A DNA stretch of 52,018 nt from Paraglomus brasilianum (GCA_910592345.1 CAJVPI010000118.1:1-52018), one strand, 5' to 3'; shown: positions 1 through 13,289, counted from the first letter of the stretch. Made by a program: numbers and translations. The notes: generated by a model not told the origin, from the sequence alone.

Positions 1-2926
1 ACGTCGCATTATAATCCCCAGACATGCAAAATTATATATTAGAGACTAGAACATTATTGGAGCTTCCGATCTGTTAAACGCATATTTTCCCGTTCTTTCC
101 TCAATTCCCACTTCCCCACCCTGACTCTCACACCTTTACACAGATTCCCGTAGACATAAACACGCTGCGCGTACGTATACAGTTCATCGAAGTCAGCGCA
201 TTCCTGTTACCTTTTAGAGGGTGGAATTTGTAAACGAGACCAAATATTAATTTCTCGAGTGTATGGTGGTGGATAAAAAATAAGAATAGCACCTACCAAT
301 AATCCGTAGCATACAAATGCCACAAAAAGACAAAAGTGGTAATATAGCACGAGAAACTTTTTTTTTTCTCTCTGAAAACTGGCAATATTCATACCATTCA
401 TCGTTTGAAATCTTTTGAATCTAGAAAATTCAGAACACATACTGTTTGCATAGATAATGATGAACGACGCGCTCTTGCCATTTAATGAGTTACCGCGCCC
501 AGAAATGGAACGTAATGCTACAGTGCTGGTCAGTAATAAAAGGTTTATCATTCAGATATGAGCTTTACGAATAATGCTTTGCATATTGCAAATACAGATT
601 GTAGGACCACCGAGCGTTGAGACGGCGAACTTTGGTGAACTAATGATAAACATATTAGCGAACGAAATGACAATTCGCATGTATGTTTTTAGGAATTGCT
701 ATTGCATATTTTGTTTGTAATTTAGTTCATGTTTTTATCACGTCTTTTTCAGTCGCACAGCAGAGTCTCTTCCTCTTCCATCCGCATCAACTCCTCGTCC
801 TAGGATAGATTTTGTCCTGTTTATGTTATCTATGACACAAGCAGACAGTTTCGAAGCGTTGAAGAAGTCAGTAATGAAATTAAACGAAGAGTACTTCCTT
901 GGGAGGTGTGCCGTTGTAGCCACTCAAGGCAAGAGACGTTATCATTGCATATAATAAAGGATTATAAATTAACATTAATTTACTAACATTACGTCAACGT
1001 CGAACAGTTGAGAAGGTTACTCAATACACGTTTGAATGCGAAGAATTAGATTATTTTATCAGTAAGGTTTGTGGAGACATGTCCATATTTTATGTCAATC
1101 TAACGGTAAGTTATTTCGAGTGAAAAAGAGTTGGTTGGTCAAATGGTCGAATGTGAGATTATATAACCTTGTAAATTTTTCTCAACTAGAACCAAGTCAA
1201 CGTTCAAGTTATCGTGAGGCAAATCAATAGTTTAATAGAAGTTGCATGTGGCTATAAACGTGGAATCACTCCGGCGCTGCTTAGAACGACAGAACTGTAT
1301 GAGAGCTCGTATACATCACTAGAAGAATTTTTGGACACCGAACAAGAATAAAAGTTCTATACTCATCCCTTACAAAAATAAGACATGGCTAACGACATTA
1401 ATATATTAAAATGTAAACGCGTTTAAAAAATGGGATATCGTTTAAAATTCTAAAACTCGAACCATCTCAGATTGAATAGTACAAATAGAAGAATGCCAAT
1501 AGATATACAAAAGAAAACGGAGAGCTACTTGCATGTTACTGCCTGTCTAATTATAATGATTTTGCCTAATCGGTCTGATGATCAAACGGAAAGCTAGGCG
1601 AGCGCAGAAGACGACCATTCTCGTTAAGCCGGAGGTCTAGGGACCAATATATATGTCTTTAATGCTTTATCTCTCCCTTTGATGTATTAGTCTAACTGGA
1701 ATCGGCACATTTTTTCTTAATCTTTACAAAGTAAAATTTTCCTTTAGATTGTGTGCGGAAAGAATAAAACTGCGTTTTATGCAAGTACGTTATTACATAC
1801 CCTAAGCCGAATTAACTTTACATAGTAATAGCGCCCATCCTACTGACAGATCCTCTATACCTTTGACTGAATTCAGAATTTTTGTGCATTATCACCTGAA
1901 TACTCGGATAAATACTGGTTACAAATTGCTAATTCTCATACAGTTAATACTGAAGCTACTGATCATACCATCTTCTTCAATGATGCACTAGTGCGGCACA
2001 AACTATCCAATGATGGACAACATAGTCCCAAAAAGCCAAAGTCGAAACGCACCAGGTCGTTACATGGTGGCAACGGGGCAGAATGCGCGAAACCATTTTG
2101 TCAACGAGGCCACGCATTCTCTCGGAAATGATTGCCTTTTGACGATCTCGCCATTTGAGTGGATTGACAATTTCATCATTTTTGATCGAAGCCATAGTAT
2201 TGTTGCAACGTTACTCAATTTGGCAATCGCGATACAAAGGCTAACAGCCGAAATATTTGATTATTATCCTTCTTATGCAAAATATAATATGATTAAAATT
2301 CCGTGTAAATAAAAGCTTTTTAATGTAGGTCCAACTACAGCTACGCAGTTAAAATTTTTGTATTCCAAACGGCTGTTACAGTTTTATCATATTTGTCGTA
2401 TAATGCAAGATTGCCATTCTTTTACATAATTTCGAGCAATGTTATGGAACTGACTTATTCGCAGCTGTTGATTGTTATGTGAAGTTCGACCTCAATTATT
2501 TATAAACGTTCGCGTTTTATTGTAGGTAGGTAATAAAATTTGTATTACCTGAACAAACTTATTGTCCGAATTGGGAATAATAGCAAGTACAGTCAACTGC
2601 CGATAATTCGACCATTGGTTACAGAACATTTTTTGGCATTTATTATTATTTCTATTGTAATTAACTGACGTTAATTCGACTTGTACGTTAATTCGATCGA
2701 ACGCAAGCGGTCGAGTTGACTGTATATACGAAATCTTTGTGCACAAGCCAAATTTGGTATGTGATTAAAAAAACAGTCTAAATGCCCATAAATGCACACT
2801 TTCCCTATTCTACATGTGCAATCCCGTCTACATTAGTAGTATAGCGGTAGAATACTTGCCTTCCAAGCGAGTGGCCTTAGTTCGACTCCAGCTGATGCAG
2901 TATGTTAAGTGCTGTTGTTTACAAAT

Positions 2927-3265
2927 CATTAATATTAATGAACTTGTAGAAATGTTTAGAATAGGAGGAGAAAGTAGCAGTAACTTGGAAGATATGGACG
3001 ATAGCACTGAAACAACTGTTATCAGTGCTAGTGATGCATTAAAAAGTTTGGAGATCGTACAAACATTTTTGATTCAACAAAAGGACAGGTGAAAAATCGC
3101 AAATATTCTTGAAATATATATTAGGGAAAGACCAGTATTTTATGCAAAATGTGAAAAACACACCCAGATAATTAAGTTGTCCTTGTGAAACCCTAACTAT
3201 TAGATAATACATTCTTTGCCCGCAGATCCCGTATTAAGATATACACATTATTATCGTTATCTGTA
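2927..3265 (+). mobile_element. pogo/Tigger (CENP-B-like) DNA transposon, 3' remnant
   Basis: The peptide IININELVEMFR...LEDMDDSTETTVISASDALKSLEIVQTFLIQQ resembles the acidic C-terminal segment of fungal Tigger-like transposases. It is followed by a stop and a degenerate ...TTATCTGTA terminus-like end. No DDE core is present. Confidence 0.55.
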
Positions 3266-4149
3266 AGGTGGGTTGAAAGTGCAATCTTTGACTTTGGCCT
3301 CCTACACACACGTTACGTCAGTTCAATCTATCGTCTTCCGTGTCCTTGTTGCGTATTAATAATGTGCTTGTTGCTAATTCTAGGTTCAATTGATTTCAAC
3401 TTTAAATTTTATCTTGTTAATTGAACCTCAGTAATAGTAGTGCATATTAATATGGTGTTTACCACTGAAGGTAAGAATCTACGCTAACATTAATCGATTA
3501 TCGATATCCAATATGTTATTAAATATTCTTGCGACATACTGCGTAAAAGTGACTTCCTTGACAACAACAGGTATATTAATAAGAACACTGTATTGATTGC
3601 ACCTTATCGTTATCAAGTCTTTCAAAGAATGTAATATTACTTACATTATTACAATATCAATTAATCTTATTAACTATAATATTTCGTCCGTCCCTTCCAC
3701 AAACACAGCATCAACCCCCAACGCTGATACTGACATCAACTTTACCAATACCACCATCTAATTTCACTGCCCGCGGGATACAACTATCACTGTACTGGCT
3801 ATTCCTACATGCGACTTCTCGCTTCCAGAGAGTATCTTACCAAAGAAGACTACGAAAAGAGCTCGAGAGGCAGCCGAACCCTATCTTTTAAACGATGCAA
3901 TAACAATGGAGGGTTTTTACATAGACATGAGAAGGGACGATCCCGAGGACGTCATAACGAATGATTTGGAAAACGTCTGATAATAGTAAGCAGTCGTGGA
4001 TCACATGCATCGAATGGATGGATGGTCAAGACGAGGTAGAAGGCTTCGGTATCAACAGGAGGACAGAAAAGCGGATTACGAAGAAACCGCCGTAAAAGTG
4101 CAAGTCAAAAGAAACAAAGCACATCGATGTCTTGTCGTCGTAACTGTCC

Positions 4150-5620
4150 ATTGGCAGACTTCGCAAGTATTATTAGCACGCTTGCTGGTTCATATTCCCA
4201 AGTGACGATTATATATCTACAATGTCGCGTATTCGATCAGCTCGTGATGATTTGTGCGAAGATTGGAGCTGAGCGCTGGGCGATGTGCTTGATGTATTAT
4301 TGATGAGTTTGGGGAAGTTGGCAGAATTGGGTATTAACTCTCCATCAGGTCCGTTGTCTATCCTGACCACTGACTTCGCAGGGTCCTACGAAAAGAAACG
4401 TATGATGTCGAACGTTGTGAGGATTTCTGGTTCTTGTGCTTCCCTTCATCTCCCACCGCACATGGTATGTAGTTGGGCAGGCAATCTTACAAGCCACGAA
4501 TTAATCTAGCATCTAGTGCCGGAAGAGTATTGCGTATGTTCTGTTTGGCATCCCCGTCTTCCTCTATTCGTATGGTCAAAATCGCGTATAGGGAGAGGTT
4601 TTCTGTTTGGGAGACGTTAATGTATTCCGGATGTTTAAGAAGGAAAGGCGAGGGCAAGACGATTTACTGCCAACGAGGATGTCCTTCTCCTCCAATACGT
4701 AACACGAAAACTAGAAGCACACGAGGGCTTAAAATCTATCAATTCTTCGAGAAGATGTATCCGACACACCGTCTACCCGATCCGTCCATACATTGCTCTC
4801 CTTCATCAAATGTACTGCATCGTTCTCATACGCACACAAACCATACGCTGATCAGACAAATTAAAATACCAAACATGCCATCGAAAGAAATATGTCAATA
4901 AATCAGCTATAACAATCACTCAATTAGGCAGCTTGCTTGCCCATTACAGAGAGGTGCTTATATGAATATAATTAGACACTTATGCTCACTACTGTATGTG
5001 GCATTATTAGCAGAAATCATACTAATATAATGGCATCCTTCAACCAACACGCTCTCAACAATTTCCCCATCATAAAACCAGCACGATCCTATCAAGAAAC
5101 TCAATTTGGACTCTATGCTATCGTCGGATCTACCGACAAAATCCTCAGGCCGTCTTATTTCGTATCTGAATGTCTCTTCAAGGGACACTTAGCTAGGCGG
5201 GTAATCAGGCTCGGAATCGGTGTAGTTGACGCTGTATCAATACGGTGGAAGACTGATCTGACGACGGAGCGAGAGAAGAGTTGTGGCAAGCATAGTTGCG
5301 TGAGACAAGCGGGTGGGGATTGTTTGGATGACGGTGTATAAGAATATGGAGATGGATTTTGTCTATGACTTCCAATGCCATTTACATAATCGGCTTCGTT
5401 TGTAACCAGGATACTCCAACTCTTCTTTTAGTTGGGAACATGACCCCGATTGTTTTTTCTTCGATGACTTGAGTATAAATTGGTATTATTTTCATACTCG
5501 ATAACTCTCCGTGGGTCAACATAGGGACGAAATGACGTTGACATTGGTGTGGAGGACAGTTTATGATTGCGTTTGGAGGATGTAAAAAGGTCATTAGAGA
5601 ATAGGAAGAGGGATCGATAC
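4150..5620 (-). pseudogene. Degenerate protein-coding remnant, family not recognised
   Basis: More GC-rich than its flanks, with long nearly open minus-strand frames broken by stops and frameshifts (e.g. KHPEYINVSQTENLSLYAILTIRIEEDGDAKQNIRNTLPALDARL; FRPYVDPRRVIEYENN). An intron-like GTGAGC...CCATCCAG lies at ~5620-5671. Confidence 0.3.
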
Positions 5621-5671
5621 TGGATGGGAGGGCGAGAGAGAACGCGAGACGAGAATAAAGGAAAAGCTCAC

Positions 5672-5766
5672 ATTGAGATTGATATTTATGTAGGATGCTA
5701 TATAGATTGAATTTATCTCCAACATATAAGATAGCATTGATCTGTCAACATACCTTTTCAGGCTGC
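5672..5766 (-). pseudogene. Short degenerate copy of an internal RdRP segment
   Basis: Translation SLKRYVDRSML-SYMLE...NLN matches RdRP NLKKYVDRSMLDFDVLYMLE...YNLN. DNA AGCATTGATCTGTCAACATACCTTTTCAGGCTGC matches AGCATTGACCTATCAACATATTTTTTCAGGTTGC at ~9985-10018. Confidence 0.75.
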
Positions 5767-7197
5767 ACATGGGCGCTACATTAACTTGTCGACATTCACC
5801 TAAACTTGTGTTTCCTCTTGCCTGTTTCCTACTTCTCCTGTTGTCTGCTAAAGTAATTAAGTACCCATAGTGAGATAACGAAGTTGTGAGTGAAATAAAC
5901 ATGCAGAAACGCTATTCCCTAGTTATGGTCGGTTTGAAAAAAATGTTCAAAAGAAAACTATGAAGAAACACTATTTCTATACAGTTTACCGGGTAATAAA
6001 TAGACAAACTTTTTCTACGGACCAGTTTTGAAAAAAGACGTATTTCACCGGAAGAGAAACAAATTTTGTTATATTGTCTCAGGATTATGAAGGTATATAT
6101 TGTGACTATATTAATATGTCTTCGGACTTATTGTGATTGTTCCGCCGACTATTATTACCAAAATAGTTTAAGTAGCATAATAATAAATGGTATTCTTGGT
6201 TTAATTTCAGAAATCTACACTATTATTATTATTTGCTGGAATTTAAATTAGCATCCTTTTCAGAGATCAATGTATACTTTTTATTAGAAAATCAGGTCTA
6301 AATAAATATAAAAAAAAAGGTAATAAACATTCATGTTTTAACAAGTAAACGCGCGTATATTACTAGCACAGAACGTGTATTGGTGATTTGCCAATAAATT
6401 CCTCTAATATCTAATTTTTTTTATTCAATAGCTTTAATATATAATCTAATCGGACATCGTCGTTCGCGTTTGTTTGTATGTTAATACTCAAATGTTAATA
6501 TCAAATTGGTAGACAAACATTTTTCATACAGATAATTTTATTCTGCTGTAATAATAGCTTAAATTTCAATAATACGATCTGCTGAGAGACTTTGAATATA
6601 ACTTTTAAAGTTATATATTAATATACGAGTATTCCTGATAGTGAATTGTATAAACGTCAATTACTGTCGTATGAAAAAGTTTCCATTTACATGGGGAAAA
6701 TAATATTGTTTTGACAGAAGAATAGTTACAAACTAAATTTAAAGCAGAAACATTCCCAAATTGAAGTTCTCTGTGAGAGCGGAACGTAGTCTATTACACA
6801 TTCAAGCATTAGCTTTCATGGTAAGAACATGAGGATTGCAAATTGATTAAAGCTAACTATTGACTATTTACGTGATAAACATAAACTTTTGTTTCCTTGA
6901 ACCCAAGACTTCAAACGAAAGGTCACTATTATCTTAACAACAGTTGCGCATTATCATTATTCGATTTGATCTGAATGTGGTTTTGTTTATGTCTTTGGTC
7001 TGCTCAAAGACGTCCGCATAGAATCAGAAGTCGGCAATAAAGAAAAGCAAGGCTATTATTATACTAATACGGGTAATTTCAAGAACTTAATGCACGAATA
7101 TTAACGTTAATACAAACAGAAAGATTTATCGTAGAATTTGATCGATGAGGAATTCGTATTCCCAAGTCAAAGCAAGACAAAACGGTTACTATCAAAT

Positions 7198-7213
7198 TTT
7201 ATTTATTTTTATT
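7198..7213 (-). terminator. Probable polyadenylation signal cluster of the RdRP gene
   Basis: Three overlapping or adjacent AATAAA hexamers on the minus strand (plus TTTATT at 7198, 7202, 7208), about 170-180 nt after the stop codon. Confidence 0.5.
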
Positions 7214-7379
7214 TTTTATATCAAAACCCATACAAGAGTATAAAACGCAAGCGATATTGTTGCGTGTATATGTGATGTTCCGTGATAAAGTATGTTCTAT
7301 TTCGTAAAGAGATACTGGTGATATAAAACGAAACTATTCCTAATATTTGGATTTCGTTTTCATATTTGTCATTGAAGTT

Positions 7380-10300
7380 TTACAATCCGTTCCGTTGCAA
7401 CGACTGCCGAATTCTAGATATCCCACCATCACCAGCTGGGAGGTTAACATTTACTATTCTTTCTATTTGTGAACTATAGCTGCCATTAGGTCTTGCTGAT
7501 GATGGTCGCTGATACGACGTATTCGTAGTTGATCCGCGATAAACACTATTTGAAGATTCAACTCGGCCAGCAGCATTGCGAATGGCTATGTCACACAAAT
7601 GGTCGTCAACCGTCCACGGGAAGGAAATCATGTTATCATTACGATAATCACCTCTCTCGCTCTGATGATAAGTAACATAATACCAAGCACAGGCCTTAGC
7701 TTCCAGGTTGCTCTTAATATACGCCTGGTTTTTGGCCTCGGCTGCTGATTTTACAGAATATTCAGCAAAGATGTCCTTCTCGAATTTTTGGCGGTAATTA
7801 CGTCGAATACCAACCATCGCTTCACTGACCGCTCTCTGTATTTCACGCACCTTCTTATGATCCGCCTTTACGATAGCGTTGATTATGAATCCACTAACAA
7901 CCTCGTATTCAGTCATAACACCATATTGATTCATCAGACCGCGTACATCCGCATCATATGCACGTTTCGTAATACGAGCGTCTTCCACATATAGTTCATA
8001 GCCGTCCACAAATAAACGTTGATCAAATTTAATGAATTTATCTACTGTTGGACTAAAATGATCAATTGGAAGTTGTATGGATCTGTACAGTTTTCCAAGA
8101 ATCTTTTGAGATACATAAGATTTCTTATCCGCTTTATCCATAAAATCCGGATATTCTTTTACACGCAGTTCTTTTGGGAATTCAGCAGGGACGCCTGTTT
8201 TAGGGAAATCCACAGCCTCGGAATGTAACTGTGCTAGTCGCAAACAGTTTCCGTGCATAGCACCTACTTCTTTTTCATCCGCATGTACCACGTGAGCATT
8301 TGCTATTTGCCCCAGGTTGTCGTTGAGCATATAATTGACAAAAAACCGTTTGATATCATTAACCGTAACCTCCTCCACAGTATATGGCTCTGGTGCTTGA
8401 TATTCCATTGGTAAAAATTTTCTTGTTGGTATTAGTTTCTCATCCCAGATAACGGTAAAGTCGTCTCCATCCAAGTCGCCCCCGCTACACATATTAGGCA
8501 AGTCTCTATACCCGTTTGCGGGAAATACCAACACATTGACTAAATGTCCGAGGTTCGGACATTTGACTGCCGTAACTACCCTTATATCTCCAGGGTGGAA
8601 ACAAGGATTACGGAACACTATACAGGTACCGGTTATCACTCTCCTCACGGAAGAATCATCTGGGTCTGAGATACATAGATATATTTCGTTTTCATTCAGT
8701 AAGTAAGTCTCGTCCACTACCCCTAAAAGGAAGGCTCCGCCGTTGACAAATATCTTCGCTTTATTTTTGAGATCACGAAGACAAGATATACGAAATAGCG
8801 ATAATAAATTGGCTAACCAAGGGTCCTGTTGTTGCATAAAGCCCGCTCTGACCATACCAGCTAATCGACGTGAGAAACCCCATTCGTCAATATACCGTAA
8901 CAATACTTGCATAGCACTATGTTCGTTCTGTAGCATTCGATCGAGATTTTCTACTTGCGCATCTTTCATATCAACAAATACCTTATCGGGGATTTTGAGC
9001 GCGGATAAGAGCGTAATAGCCTGCCTGTTCAAATATGCAGGCAAAAATGTTGACGCCCTTATCACTTCCAGCTCCGTATGTAGTGAATCAAACTTGCGCT
9101 GACTTGGCCGCACCTGGATTTGCTTCTCCCGGACATGCGGAGACATGCATAAAACACCCTTGTATCCACCAAGACGGAATTGGACAGCAGAAGGAATGCT
9201 TTTTAAATCAAGAACTTCGGCAATTTGTTGGCATAGCGCTCGTGAAATCTTGCCACAACCATCGGAAAAATTGTATCCGTTTCTCGTAATGTCATTGATT
9301 GATCGAATATCGTTCACAGGTAGATGAGTCACGGCGCGAGTACTTGAAAAGCATTGTCCCATGCGTGCAGCGTATTTTGCCACTACTTTGATGTCACTTA
9401 AATTCCCCATCCAATTGCGTATATCATCAGCGCATAATGCCTCTGTAGGGGCAAAGAACCAGCAAGAACGATCTCGTAGCTGGCTTGAAGAGAAGGCCAA
9501 AAATTCGTATTTCCTATTTCCAATCTGAATCCCGTTCATGAGAGTACGGTGAACCCGATTGTAGGCTGCGACATGGTTATCTCCATTCGCCGATGGAAGC
9601 CTTCCGTTTTCGTCATTGAATTGGACCCTTAGGAAACGTTCCTTGTGGTCTTTAAAGTACCTTATTGTTCTATTGCTAGTTTCTATGGTCGGCGGCAATA
9701 TATACATCTTAGAAGGGGTAATGACAACTTTTCGCATCATGACACAGTACGAGGGTACCGTCTCTTGCCGATTGTCACCGCCTTGAAGCTTTGCAACTTC
9801 AAGTTTCAAGTGTGAAAGAGGATCATAAATTCTCAGTTTACGCTGGTGGAATTTATGTAAAATGCTAAGAGCTGTCTCTTTCTTTTGTCGAGCAAGCAAG
9901 TCCATGAATTCGTTATTGAGATTGTAATCATGTAAGTAACCATGCGTAATATTACATTCCAACATGTAAAGTACATCAAAGTCCAGCATTGACCTATCAA
10001 CATATTTTTTCAGGTTGCTTCCATCAATCATCGTTATGTGTCCGGAAAACATGGCTTCCTTTGGTACAAGATTGTAACCAGCAGCTTTTAACAACACGCG
10101 TTTAAGGTTGTCGACTCCACTATCCTGGATGAACGTAATCCTGTACGCGTACCATCTTCCAAGTTCTTCACCTGTAGCTTTTGGATATGAAGGCATCGTC
10201 GGTTGTTGCATCTCTTCGTCGCTAAGCTTTTCTACCCGGAGAGCCGTCTTCCTTGTCCAACACTCCATCAAATTCCATGTAAATTGATTGTTCGTCTTAA

Positions 10301-11138
10301 GGTTCTTGTCCAGGAAGGATAGTTTTGGCGGATACTTGGTTCGTATTGTAGTTACCGCGCGCTCGTTCTGTGTATCGAGTTCTGTATGGAACTCACCCTC
10401 GACGTCGTTAAAATAAGTTTCCAGTCGGAATCTATACGTCTTACCTCCGTTCCCTCTAGTGAAACCAAATTCAACTTCAAAGCTGCGTCTTGCGTAATTC
10501 AGCTTAAACTTTACATCATTGTCTGTTTTCCACTCTTTAACGAAGGTGTTCAATTCAAGGAATACACCCATTTCCAAAGACTCGGCCAACAGGAAATCTT
10601 GATTTCTGCTTTCACTTGAGAAGTTTGTTCCAGGTCTGGATGTAATCTCTATCCGCAATTTCTTGCCATGAAATCTTATATTGTGTTTCCAAAAATCCGT
10701 TTTTGGGCGAGGTCTTTAGTAACGAGAAAACAGTATAAATTATATTGCTATTCATATCATCGTTACTCAAATCAATCAAACATACGTATTTAATTAACAC
10801 GAAACTTACTTGTAGACGAGATATACTGTCCCCGTGAAGACAGTGCCTAATCCACTTGTGTCCATAGTGATTTTATCTAAATGGCCGTAACCGGAGAAAA
10901 ATTCTCTCAGTTCAGTCAATGTAGCATTGGACTGCAAGTTGCTAACTTTTAGGTCTAGCTGCTGGCCAAATCTACTATATCCGTTATACCCACGACTACC
11001 ATCATATCCGCCGCGACCACTATTGTATTCACCGCGACCGTTGTCATATCCACCACCGCGGCGGGGAAAACTGTTACTGTTGTCGTAACTATTTTGACGA
11101 TGATTTTGCACGTTCCCTCTGCTGTTGTTTGGCATCAT
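7380..11138 (-). CDS. Cellular (RNAi-type) RNA-dependent RNA polymerase, two exons: join(complement 10810..11138, 7380..10713), ~1220 aa; N-terminal RGG-rich region and RRM
   Basis: The 1092-aa ORF carries eukaryotic RdRP motifs: FLAFSSSQLR, KYAARMGQCFS, FSDGCG, QFRLGGYKGVL, RNPCFHPGD, CSGGDLDGDDFTVIWD (DLDGD at 8463-8477) and LHSEAVDFPKTG. The upstream 110-aa ORF joins in frame through a 96-nt intron (GTAAGT donor at 10809, AAG acceptor at 10714-10716). Exons of 329+3334 nt give 1221 codons, and splicing completes an RRM-like fold (LKVSNLQSNATLTELREFFSGYGHL...GTVYLVYK|PRPKTDFWKHNIRFHGKKLRIEI). Confidence 0.95.
10714..10809 (-). other. Spliceosomal intron of the RdRP gene (96 nt, phase 2)
   Basis: Minus strand reads TAC AA|GTAAGTTT...TTTTCTCGTTACTAAAG|A CCT CGC. 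This restores the frame just downstream of an in-frame TAA. Confidence 0.8.
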
Positions 11139-13289
11139 CTTGGCTATATTATTCTAATTCAAGTACGAACTGAGGTTTATTATTATGCCTTTAGCGTTAT
11201 CGTTCCGGTATTAAGCTAAGACGGTGCAAAGGCGACAGTCGCGTAGTTTAACTGTGCTGGTTGTGGCTAATGTGGGTGGGAAAATCGCAAGGCGGTTTGG
11301 TTTGAGGTAAAACTTAGAATGTATCGACTTCTCTTGGTAATGCTGACAATATTTTTGGAACAGCTTAGAGTTTTAGACCAAGCGATAATTTGGTCTTCCT
11401 GGTTCGCATCATAATCAAATAGGGGGTCCGCATTGTTGGATTTCCAAATAAAGAACACACAGAAAATGAGTTTGCGCTAACTAGAATAAGGAAACTTGTC
11501 AAACAATGGTTTTAGATGTTAGTTCTACGATAATCTGTGATTTCACTGAACATTCTTTAACAGGCAGCGCTTGACCATTGTTTATCCATGTATAGTTAAC
11601 AATAAAGAGCATAAGACCTTGATATTATTACCTAAGCACCCCAAATAGTTAAAGGGGGTGGCTGTACGGTAATACACATGAGAAGTCGTTTATTTCTGTC
11701 GCCTTTTCGGGACAATCGATTATTAGTATAGATAATAAGTGGGATGCCGTGTTTCATATCGATAACAAAAGTAAATTTCCAAATTTCGTTAGGCTGAGCT
11801 ACTACTTTGCATAATGAGCGTTTGTAAAAATTCCAATGTTAAAAGAAATTTATTATTGTTTTAAAAATATAAACAGATAATATTTTTCTTAAAGTGAGCA
11901 AAAATTATGAAGCTCTATAAAAACTCCCAAAATAATATAGCAAACATGTTTATTAATAGTTAAATTGCTATTTGATTTGATAGCAGCTTCTATTCTATCG
12001 TTCATTAATTCTATAATAATGAGATTCCAATTCGCATGAATGCATCTTCCCACAAATGTTTGATAGTGTCGAGCCAAATGACTATCGACGTTGTTGAATC
12101 TAGCTATTTCCAACGAGGCTTTTGGCAACTCTCTTTGAAATTGGATTTACAGTAATATCCACGGTTAGTGTGTCTGGTCTTGTATATGCCAATCCTCGAT
12201 TATCATTTCTACCGATTGTTGGGTATTTTATGAGCAATCGGAATGTAATGCCAAGCCAATACTTGACGGACAACCAATTAATCCATTACGTGTATAGTAT
12301 ATAATAATCATACAATTTTATTAGAGTATCGGAGAGCTACTCTATTGATAAATACAATAATTATTGAAAGAAAGCTAATAAAAATGCGCTTTTACTCAAA
12401 GATTGAGTACTGAAATGAACATGGCGATTTCTCGAGCTACTTAAGTGTCTCTTTTAAATTCCAAGTAAGAGCTCCTTTTGGTGGTGTTAATGTTCTACTA
12501 TTTTTAGTAATGTTCCTTTTTTATTTCTTTTAATGCGAATTATTTACATTTTCATAGCCTGATCCGCTGTCTGTACTACCACTGTCGACTGCGGCGCTGG
12601 ATAATCTTCAGTCTATCTCTGATTGTTCGATGGGATAGCTTTTCCCTGTAGTCCACGTGACCTGATATTGACTCCGGGGCTTATGGCACTCTGCGCATAC
12701 AGTATCCACAGTTTTCACAGGATTTGGTCGCCCGGAAGTTTGGAAACGTCGAGTATAGGGAACTCAACGTCGACTCTTCGTATCCTTCCACACCGTGACT
12801 TTAGTCTACCACCTCGGATATTTGAAAAGCCGCTTCATCCCTTTCGTATTAGCTTTAGTCCAAGTCAGATGAGTGCCCATTAACGTTTGTCGCGTTGGAA
12901 ACGAGCCAGCACCTTCACGGTGTTGCCCAACGGTACCAGCCCACGTTTTGTATGTTTACTTCTCAGTTCTGTACTTGTAAGTCTTTTAATACTAATACTT
13001 GATTTAGTGAATTATACTAAGTGGTTGTTTTCAATTGTCTTAATATATTTAGCTATAACAGTATGTGTAGTATTTCTGGAATGACAATTTCTAGTCATTT
13101 TTGCAAGAGGAGTTGTATACAACGAAGATGTAAAAATCTGATTATCTTTATATAAGATTTATAAACACATGCAGTATAAACATTTATGGAAGCTGTATCA
13201 CCAACCATAATAAAATAAAGTTATATGTGCAAAATCTTTTGAATCATTTGGTTCAATTTCATAATAGTAATGGTATTAGTATCATCAAC

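Noticed and set aside
8870..8890. WG dipeptide in the RdRP as an Argonaute hook
   Set aside because: It is a single occurrence inside the folded polymerase region, not a GW/WG-rich disordered tract.
7788..10619. Plus-strand ORFs overlapping the RdRP
   Set aside because: They are short antisense shadows of the real CDS with no recognisable motifs.
7380..10658. Viral RdRP or endogenous virus; also the TTG start at 10658
   Set aside because: The motifs are of the cellular double-psi-barrel DxDGD class and the gene has an intron. The true start is most likely the ATG at 11138.
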